Source of the DNA: an uncultured bacterium | Lineage (GTDB): Bacteria; Actinomycetota; Actinomycetes; S36-B12; CAIKAW01 | Reading direction: 5' to 3' | NCBI GenBank assembly: GCA_903825575.1 | Contig: CAIKAW010000047.1 | Span: 21,891-85,890, forward strand | DNA length: 64,000 nt | Shown here: piece by piece, positions 36,849 through 44,088 of the stretch | How positions within the stretch are numbered: position 1 is the stretch's first letter | Layout of the letters: each line of letters begins with the position of its first letter | Notes under the pieces: model-generated | What the model was told of the DNA's origin: nothing | Seen by the model: only the letters and a program-made list of their open reading frames with translations | The model's database searches: none | Made by a program: the position numbers and the translations under genes

Positions 36849-38762
36849 CTAGCTACCGAGAACCGTGAAGGTCAAGGTTCCTAGGTAGGTGCCATCAACC
36901 GTGTTAGTTGGGGCGTTGATCGACAGAAGTCCGTGGATGACCGTGGTGCCCTGACCGCTGTTCGCGTGAAGGACCTCGTGTCCACTTACTCCGCCAAGGC
37001 CAGCACTGCCCGTGTCTGATGCTGACAGGTGTGCACCTGCAGCGTTGTCAAACGCGGAGAAGTTCTGCCCAGTCGTGCTCGCACCGATCGCCAAGCTGCC
37101 CAAGAACGTGCTCGGGGTTGCGTTCGTCGAGGTGAGCAGGAGGTTGGTCAAGCCGACGTTCTCGCCACTGATCTGCTGAGCATTGCTCGGCGAACCGCCA
37201 ATACCCTGCTTGACCAAGTTCGATGCCAGCGCGCTCAACGTGTACGCCAGGTTACCCGGACGGGTGTCCAGCACCGAAATGCCAGCGAACTGACCCGAGG
37301 TCGAGTAGTTCGTGACGTTCGAGTCGATCGTCATGTCGGGAAGAACCAGCGGCGACCCAGTCGAGTAAGGCGTCGACAGCGTGATTGTTCCGGGCTGGAT
37401 GGTCGTCTCGATGCCCGCCACTGCCGGGGTGTATGCCGGCAGAGCAACCACGAGTGAGGCTGCACTGCTCTGCGACGACTGGTAGGTCAGCGAGTCCGTT
37501 GGCGTAAACACAGCGTAAATGTTGCTGTGCGTTGCCACGGTCAGGCTGCTTGACGACACATTGAACGTGAAGGGCGAGGAAGCGGCCGTCAAACCGATCT
37601 GCACTCCGTTGTCAAACAGAGCAACGGTTCCAGCGGTCAGTGGGCTTCCACCAACCGTTACGACCGCCGTGACCGAGAAAGCGTCAGGCTGATTGACCGT
37701 GCCGGTGCCGTCAACACTTGTGATGTTGCCGAGTGTGGTCACGGTCGCAGCAGCTGCCGTGTGGTTCACCCGGAACGTCAAAGCCGACGACGTGCTGCTG
37801 CCCAGGTCGCTGAAAGCAGCCGGAGTGAACGCAGCCGTGATCGTGTGGTTCGTAAAGGCGCCCGACTCTGAAAGGGCAGACGTGGTCACGCCGAGCGTCT
37901 GGCCGGCCGAGGTGATCGTCTGGGCTGCGCCCAAGGCGACGCCGCCGTCGTAGAACTGGACCGAACCACTGGCCGGGTTAGTGCCGGTGGCAGCCGTGAC
38001 CGAGGTTGAGAAGGTCACGCTTGTGCCTGCGTACTGTGGGCTGGCCGGGCTAGCCGTAGGAGTCGCCACCGTGGTCGTGCGGATAACGGCCGCCGGGTAG
38101 ATGACCTGCCAGTTACCCGGCGCCAAACCATCGGAGAGCGCTGATCCACCGTTGTTGTACTCAATGTCGGTGGACCAGAAGTAGTTCGGGCTGTTGACGC
38201 CAGTGGAAGCCAGGCCAATGCCACCGTCCTTAACCCGAACCTGGATGACATTGGCGTAGCCTGCCGACGAATCCAGCGAGGCAACACCAAGCAAGTTGGT
38301 GAGGTTGACATCGCTTGACCCCAGCGTGACGACCGGCACCGTGGTGCCGAGCGCCGCAAGGTTCGACGGTGAGCCGACGGGGAACGAGGTCGACGCCGAT
38401 CCCGAGAAGGTTGCCCACGTGAGCGAGTTGGCCTTGGTGTGGTCCGGTACGCCGAAAATGACGTTGGCGAGGTTTGCGTTGGTCCGGGCCGCTGTTCCGG
38501 TCGTCGAGACGTAGGCGGCCAAGTTGGAAAGGTTTGTTCCGCCGGTGATCACGTTGCCCGAAGAGTCGTAAAAAATGATGCCACCCTTGGAGTTTTGGTC
38601 AAGGTTGGGGTAGTTCAGTGCCGAGGAGAAAAGGGTGTTGCCCGTTTCCCAAGCCGGGGTGCCCGTGTATGCCGAAGCACCAGTCACCCCCGCGACGATG
38701 CCGACGCCTGCGAGCGCCAGAGCTGCAGTCGAAGCGATAGCAGCCTTTCGGAGTTGCTTCAT
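36849..38762 (-). CDS. large secreted surface protein: shared N-terminal domain, two Ig-like repeats and a C-terminal degenerate WxL-like domain (CscC-like)
   Basis: Signal peptide MKQLRKAAIASTAALALAGVGIVAGVTGASA. The N-domain is about 60% identical by eye to the 627-aa paralogue. The C-terminal ~185 aa follow the WxL layout (GTITLS..., ISVLDTRPGNLAYTLSA, ...GTYLGTLTFTVLGS). Confidence 0.8.
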   Translation of the reverse strand: MKQLRKAAIASTAALALAGVGIVAGVTGASAYTGTPAWETGNTLFSSALNYPNLDQNSKGGIIFYDSSGNVITGGTNLSNLAAYVSTTGTAARTNANLANVIFGVPDHTKANSLTWATFSGSASTSFPVGSPSNLAALGTTVPVVTLGSSDVNLTNLLGVASLDSSAGYANVIQVRVKDGGIGLASTGVNSPNYFWSTDIEYNNGGSALSDGLAPGNWQVIYPAAVIRTTTVATPTASPASPQYAGTSVTFSTSVTAATGTNPASGSVQFYDGGVALGAAQTITSAGQTLGVTTSALSESGAFTNHTITAAFTPAAFSDLGSSTSSALTFRVNHTAAAATVTTLGNITSVDGTGTVNQPDAFSVTAVVTVGGSPLTAGTVALFDNGVQIGLTAASSPFTFNVSSSSLTVATHSNIYAVFTPTDSLTYQSSQSSAASLVVALPAYTPAVAGIETTIQPGTITLSTPYSTGSPLVLPDMTIDSNVTNYSTSGQFAGISVLDTRPGNLAYTLSALASNLVKQGIGGSPSNAQQISGENVGLTNLLLTSTNATPSTFLGSLAIGASTTGQNFSAFDNAAGAHLSASDTGSAGLGGVSGHEVLHANSGQGTTVIHGLLSINAPTNTVDGTYLGTLTFTVLGS

Positions 38763-38789
38763 GTAAAGTCCTTAATTGGAAGTGGCAAG

Positions 38790-38831
38790 GAAAATCCTGG
38801 GTGGGGCTGGGGGCAACCCGCCCCACCCAGG
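38790..38831 (-). terminator. intrinsic terminator between the second PstS-like gene and the 637-aa gene
   Basis: Perfect 12-bp GC-rich inverted repeat CCTGGGTGGGGC/GCCCCACCCAGG, followed on the minus strand by AUUUUCCUU. Confidence 0.75.
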
Positions 38832-38897
38832 TCATTTCGGTGCCGACCGGAGCCGGCTTAGTTCACACTTCAAACGCAGCTTGCGTTTAGACCTAGA

Positions 38898-40352
38898 TCA
38901 GTCGGCTGAGGTCACCGTGTTGAGGAACGAGTACGCCGGGGTGAACCCTGACGACGAGATCAGGGCCGAAGCGGCCGCTGTATCGAAGTAGGGCGCCCCA
39001 CCAGGTCCAAATGTGTTCGTTCCATCGGTCGTGCAACCTTGTGAACCGGCTACCCCAAGCAGCGCCACGTTACCGAACGAGGTGCCCGAGCAAGGGTTGG
39101 CGAACAACGTACGGATCAGGTTCTGGTTGATGCCAGGCTCAAACTGGTCCGCGTGGTTACTGATTTCCGCGTTGCGGAAGTAGATGTAGACATCGCGCGT
39201 GGTCTTCCACCAGCCAGCACCGGTCTGCTGCGTGACTGCCGGCGCCCAAGCTGCAGGCTGTGGGAAGTTGATTGACGACACTGCGCCAACACCACACGAA
39301 ACGTTGGTCGTACCGTAGCCCGTGCCACCGGCGCTTCCGACAGCGTTGCTGCCGTAGGTGCAGGAGGGGTCGACGAAGTACGGGTAGGCGCTCGAACCGG
39401 CGTTGTTCGTGCCATCACCCTTGAGCCCGAGGAAAAGGTTCATACGGGCACCTGAGATTGGTTCGATTGCGTCAGCCTTTGAAGTCACCTGGGCGATCGC
39501 TTCGGGGTCGTTCTCTTCAACGGCGGTCGCGCAGTTGCCTGGCACGAGCGCGGTAACCTGACCGACTCCAGTGGTAGCCGAGGCGAAGAAGCTGAACGTG
39601 CCCGAGGCAGTCTGCGGGTAGAGCGGCACGATGACGTTGGCGCTACCACCGCTGTTGCCGGCGATCTCGTTCCAAGTCACGCAACCTGTGCCACCGAAAC
39701 CGTTCGTGCCACCTGTAGTGGCAGAGTAGATCTTGTAGATGTCCGCGGCTGAAAGCGCGACCGCGTGAGTGGTGGCTGCGGTAAGCATGACGAAGTTCTC
39801 GGTGCCGACAGTGATTCGGGAAGTCGAACTAGGTGTCGTGAACGAACTACCCTTTTTGGCCGAGGACCGAGCAAAGTCGATGTTCTTCAACGCACCAACA
39901 ATGTCATTGTTGAGAGCTCCTACGCCGGCACCTGAGCCATTCGGCCGCTGAACTGGGCGCAACCCAGCGCGCAAGACGATCGTCGGGTTCAGCTGGCAAA
40001 CCGTGTCAACGTGGAACACGCTGGCCAGGCCGGTACCAGTCTTCGTTCCAGTGCCCGGCGAACATGAGCCCTGAGTGGATCCGACAACGCCGTAAGCCAG
40101 GCGCGCATTCGCGTCGGCGGTGGCGTCAAAGTTGATGAGTCGGTTGACGTTGCCGAGGGCGTTGAAGCCGGTGGCGCCGAGGTGATTTCCATCGGCGACG
40201 AAGTCGACGAGGTACTGCAAGGTGTCGGAACCAACGCCGACGGCGTCGCCCGTACCTGGTGCGTAGTCGGCCGAAGCCGGACCTGCGGTTAACACGGATA
40301 GCGCGAGGGCTCCCGCGGCAGCCGCGGTTACCGCGAGCTTCTTGATCTGCAT
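38898..40352 (-). CDS. secreted PstS-family / type-2 periplasmic-binding-protein-like protein, Cys-rich, no anchor
   Basis: ATG 40352 gives the signal peptide MQIKKLAVTAAAAGALALSVLTAGPASA. PstS-like motifs are present: VGSDTLQYL, NGSGAGVGAL...IDFARSS, VTWNEIAG, ASGTFSFF. It has 8 Cys. Confidence 0.72.
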   Translation of the reverse strand: MQIKKLAVTAAAAGALALSVLTAGPASADYAPGTGDAVGVGSDTLQYLVDFVADGNHLGATGFNALGNVNRLINFDATADANARLAYGVVGSTQGSCSPGTGTKTGTGLASVFHVDTVCQLNPTIVLRAGLRPVQRPNGSGAGVGALNNDIVGALKNIDFARSSAKKGSSFTTPSSTSRITVGTENFVMLTAATTHAVALSAADIYKIYSATTGGTNGFGGTGCVTWNEIAGNSGGSANVIVPLYPQTASGTFSFFASATTGVGQVTALVPGNCATAVEENDPEAIAQVTSKADAIEPISGARMNLFLGLKGDGTNNAGSSAYPYFVDPSCTYGSNAVGSAGGTGYGTTNVSCGVGAVSSINFPQPAAWAPAVTQQTGAGWWKTTRDVYIYFRNAEISNHADQFEPGINQNLIRTLFANPCSGTSFGNVALLGVAGSQGCTTDGTNTFGPGGAPYFDTAAASALISSSGFTPAYSFLNTVTSAD

Positions 40353-40531
40353 TTGCTGTCCCCTTCCGGACAGAGGCGTTTGAACAGGATCAAATTGGCA
40401 GGGCAACACAACGACCGGGCATGCCTACTCTTAACAATGAGTGAACCGATCAGGTCAACTTCAAGATCCGGCTCAGGAACGGTGCCAGATAGTCCGATGG
40501 AGCCAGGTTCGCCCGCCGACGGGGACAGGCG

Positions 40532-41383
40532 TTACAGCAGATTTGGCAGCAGGCGGATCGCTGATTCACTGGCCAACCAGAGTCCGGCGAGGACGAGCGG
40601 CAGTCCTAGCAGCCAGGTTTGCCACCTTCCCCAGCGGAACCAAGCCCAAACCACCAACGCCGCAATCGCGATCAGCAAGGGAAGCGCCAAGGCCAGTGGC
40701 AGCAAGCCATTGGGATCCACTTGCAGCGCCTGTTCGGAGAGGGGGACCGCTGCAGGCCGTCCCGGAAGTGTCGCTAGACCCGTACCCTTCAGTGCCGCAT
40801 CTATGTAGAGCAAACCTCGAGCGGACAGTCCTGCAAACCCGAGGTGGCTGCCCGTTACAAGCGTGAGTCGGCCACCGCCGAGCGCCAGTGCCGGCGGCAA
40901 GTTGTCGCCGCCCTGTCTAAGTCCGGACACCGTGTAGGAAAAGACGCCCTGCCCCGTCGTGGCGGTGATCGTGTCGCCCACCTTGATGCGGGCCAAAGCC
41001 CCGAATGGGCCGCCAAACAAGGTCGCGCGACCGTAGAGCACCGAGTCGCCCGACTGCCCCGGCAACGGAGTATCCCGTCGGTGTCCTACTCCAGCCTCGA
41101 GGTCGCCGGCAGCGGTCCCTTCGATAACAACAGCATTGGTCAGGCCAATCGCGGGGACTGTGAGCAAAGCGACCGGAGATCCCGGGGCGATGCTCCCACC
41201 CAGCGGTGCAGTTTGGGCGGCCAATTGCGCCCGCAGGCTCGAATACAGGCCAGCTTGCTCGTGGGCGGTCTGCATCGGCGTGAGGAACACTGCGTAGGCG
41301 ACGAACCACAGCGAGAGCGCGGAAACGGTTCCGAGTACCCAGGCAGAAACTCCTCTAGGTATCGAAACTGGTCTACGCGCCAT
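40532..41383 (-). CDS. sortase-fold membrane protein lacking the catalytic Cys/His/Arg (pseudo-sortase)
   Basis: N-terminal transmembrane helix, then LLTVPAIGLTNAVVIEGT...GVGHRRDTPLPGQSGDSVLYGRATLFGGPF...IKVGDTI...FSYTV...RLTLVTGSH. This parallels class E sortase blocks, but AGHR is replaced by YGRA and TLVTC by TLVTG. The protein has no cysteine at all. Two extra C-terminal transmembrane helices follow. Confidence 0.7.
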   Translation of the reverse strand: MARRPVSIPRGVSAWVLGTVSALSLWFVAYAVFLTPMQTAHEQAGLYSSLRAQLAAQTAPLGGSIAPGSPVALLTVPAIGLTNAVVIEGTAAGDLEAGVGHRRDTPLPGQSGDSVLYGRATLFGGPFGALARIKVGDTITATTGQGVFSYTVSGLRQGGDNLPPALALGGGRLTLVTGSHLGFAGLSARGLLYIDAALKGTGLATLPGRPAAVPLSEQALQVDPNGLLPLALALPLLIAIAALVVWAWFRWGRWQTWLLGLPLVLAGLWLASESAIRLLPNLL

Positions 41384-44088
41384 CAGGCTCGACTCCAGAA
41401 TCCGGTGATGATGGTGCCGATACCGCTCACCAGAGCAAGGACTAGCAGGGCGGGCAGCACCAGACCAGCCCCACCTTGTGGCGAACCGGCGGTTTGCCCC
41501 ACCGCTGCGATCGCCGACATTGACGGCAAGGCCGAAGGTGTGACCGACACAGTTGGGGTCGGGCTCGCAACGGGACTACTCGTAGCCGTTGCTGCAGGAG
41601 TCGGCGACGGTGTCGGCGGCCTTGATGATCCGTCCACTGCGGGCACGTAGCCCTGCTGAGCCAGGATCGCCGCACCTGCCTCTTGGTCGTACGCCAAAAG
41701 CGAGCCAGCTCCATTGGCTAGCGTCAATGGAAGGAAGCCGCCCGGCAATTGCCCATTGGCCGGTCCCGGCGATTGACCGGTCGTTGTGGTCCAGTCCAGC
41801 AACGTGGCGAATCGCTGAGCATCTGCCACAGCCAGTCCCTGAGTCGGCACATCCAACGTGAAGATCATCGTCCCGGGGTAGCCCGCGGATCCAGCCTTAC
41901 TCGCCAGCAAGTCATAAGGCACGGGCCAGGCCTGCACCGCCTTAACGGGCTGGAACAGTTTCAGCGCCGCCCGTAGCGATGCGACTGTCGGCGCCACGAA
42001 TAACCTGCCAACGGCGCTGGTGAAAGCGGTGCCAGAGCCAGAAGCAACCGACGATTGCAGGGACGCCGTGTGGAATTGGTAACGAGATGCGTCCGCCAGC
42101 GACACCAGCCCTAGGACGAATCGCTTGGTTGGGGTTTCCCGGCCAATCGATGTCAACTTTTGATTCGACTGCCCCGGATTTGTGCACACGATCTGTGAGT
42201 TGGCAATCGCGAACTGCATGTTCAGCGACACCAAGGCGGGATCGCTCACAGGTGCCGCTGCCAAGTTGAGCCACGGTGTCGGATTTGCGCCAATGCAAGG
42301 ATTGATAGTCGCCGTATACGGGGATATGAAAGAGTCTCGCAATGTCCAGCCTTCGACCGGCAACGTGATGTGATCGTAGTTGGGGTTGACTCGCATCCCC
42401 CAAGGGTCGGGTTGACCATTGATGAATGCTCTCGCCTCTGGATCGGCAGCTAGGTAAGCCGTAAGCGACCGGATCATGTCCGAGTCACTGTTGACAGTGA
42501 AGAGCGTCGATGCTGCGACCGTGCTGTAGCCATCGTTGAGAAGGGCCGGATTCAACGCCCGGAACTCAGGGTCGCGACCAAGGTCGAGCGGATTGCCGCG
42601 CACCCCGATGTATTCCCCCGACAGCGTCGGATTTGACGCGTAGGACTGCGTTAGCAACTTGGCCAAGAGTCGTGGAGTTAGGTTTAACGTAGTGAGCGGC
42701 TGACCATTCGCCCCGTCAATCGAGAAGGCGATGGCAAAACCACTCACGGCGATCGGTGCCTGCACAATTGGTTTCGTGAATGGCGTCAAAGGTGCAGCCC
42801 CGGCGAAAGCTGCACTGATATTGCCGACGTTAAGAAGATTCTTGGCTTCCGGCTCGCTGGTCTGAACGTGCTGAAACCGGAACAACTTGGGATCGGTACA
42901 GAAGGTTGGCTGCCATTGGAGCGTCGCCTGAACCAGGGCCTGCGAACCGTAGATCAGGGACGGTGCCGCGGAAGACGCCAGATCGCAGACGTTCGAAGGC
43001 GGTACGAAACTCAGCGGGAAACTAATCCGATTGCGCCAGTTCGACGCGGACCACCACAGTTCGCCGGCCACGGCCATGTCTTCGGAGCCGTTTTGCACCG
43101 GCGCAGGAATGGCTGGATCGTAGTGCCCGGTCGCCGAGCACGTCTTGAAGTACATGGCCCGAAACTTCGCTTGCGGTTGGTCAACCGCGGGTAGGTCGGC
43201 GCCGACGACATCGCAGCTAATACCCATGATCGGGATAACGACCAGCGAACACGGCACGGTCGAGGAGCAACCTAACGACGCGTTTGACTCGGCAGTGTTG
43301 ATCACGAACTTGGCAGCGCCGTTGCCCGAAAGATCGGTGCTGGCGTAGGTCGTGTTCTCCGGAATCTGGGCCTGTTCGACACTTGCCTCTGGCGCCATTC
43401 CACCGCAGCCGTTTGGACCTCCGGGATACACGGTTCCGTTCGCCGTAACGAAAGGAACCCAGTGGTCTGTTCCACTCGACGTACCGACGCAGGCTGCCGG
43501 GACGGGATCAGGGATGCCGACCCGAAACTGTCGATCCAGCGAACTCGCGTAGCGGTCCACCCGAAATGGAGGGAACGGCGAGTTCACTGAAAGCATCCGC
43601 TCGTCGGGAACCTGGGTCCAACACGTACTGGGGTCAATCCGCTTTGCTGCCGCGACACTTGCGCTATCAATCCCGCGACATTCCATGATCACAACCGGGT
43701 ATTCCAAGCTAGCCGCGAGCAAGGAGTTCGGATCGGTTACGAAGCCACCGGTCGGGTGCGCACCACTCCAACTGACGTTAACCGGCTGCCGGTTGCGCAG
43801 GTTAGTAGTCACATCGACTGACACAGTCACGTTCCGGGTGTCAGCAACCTGGTCGGCCCCATTAACTAGGTGCACGCGGGTGACAGTCACTGTCTTGGAG
43901 ACCGCCGAAGCGGCGGCTGGAATCGCGGCCTTCCTGACCTTGGGGCTAGTCGCGGCACCGTAGGCCGGAGCGACGACAACGAGGCCAACAGCGGCGGCCA
44001 CGAAGGTGCAAAGAAGAATGCGGAAACTCGTTCGATCGGTATGCATTCGTCTTTTCGACCTGCCAAGTCGATTGCGTACCGAAATCAC
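41383..44088 (-). CDS. 901-aa Cys-rich secreted protein: N-terminal unknown domain, degenerate PstS-like binding-protein domain, Pro/Thr/Ser linker and C-terminal transmembrane anchor
   Basis: GTG 44088 forms GTGA with the upstream stop; an alternative ATG lies at 44046. Signal peptide present. Residues ~375-815 align by eye to the PstS layout. The linker is PPTPSPTPAATATSSPVASPTPTVSVTPS, followed by a hydrophobic helix. Confidence 0.75.
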   Translation of the reverse strand: MISVRNRLGRSKRRMHTDRTSFRILLCTFVAAAVGLVVVAPAYGAATSPKVRKAAIPAAASAVSKTVTVTRVHLVNGADQVADTRNVTVSVDVTTNLRNRQPVNVSWSGAHPTGGFVTDPNSLLAASLEYPVVIMECRGIDSASVAAAKRIDPSTCWTQVPDERMLSVNSPFPPFRVDRYASSLDRQFRVGIPDPVPAACVGTSSGTDHWVPFVTANGTVYPGGPNGCGGMAPEASVEQAQIPENTTYASTDLSGNGAAKFVINTAESNASLGCSSTVPCSLVVIPIMGISCDVVGADLPAVDQPQAKFRAMYFKTCSATGHYDPAIPAPVQNGSEDMAVAGELWWSASNWRNRISFPLSFVPPSNVCDLASSAAPSLIYGSQALVQATLQWQPTFCTDPKLFRFQHVQTSEPEAKNLLNVGNISAAFAGAAPLTPFTKPIVQAPIAVSGFAIAFSIDGANGQPLTTLNLTPRLLAKLLTQSYASNPTLSGEYIGVRGNPLDLGRDPEFRALNPALLNDGYSTVAASTLFTVNSDSDMIRSLTAYLAADPEARAFINGQPDPWGMRVNPNYDHITLPVEGWTLRDSFISPYTATINPCIGANPTPWLNLAAAPVSDPALVSLNMQFAIANSQIVCTNPGQSNQKLTSIGRETPTKRFVLGLVSLADASRYQFHTASLQSSVASGSGTAFTSAVGRLFVAPTVASLRAALKLFQPVKAVQAWPVPYDLLASKAGSAGYPGTMIFTLDVPTQGLAVADAQRFATLLDWTTTTGQSPGPANGQLPGGFLPLTLANGAGSLLAYDQEAGAAILAQQGYVPAVDGSSRPPTPSPTPAATATSSPVASPTPTVSVTPSALPSMSAIAAVGQTAGSPQGGAGLVLPALLVLALVSGIGTIITGFWSRA

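Noticed and set aside
40441-40459. GTGAAC / GTCAAC hexamers (GTTGAC...GTTCAC on the minus strand), plus other GTTC-type words, in the spacer upstream of the second PstS-like gene as a possible third PHO box.
   Set aside because: The unit starts are 13 nt apart and the other copies are out of 11-nt phase. This does not meet the spacing that makes the pstB array convincing.
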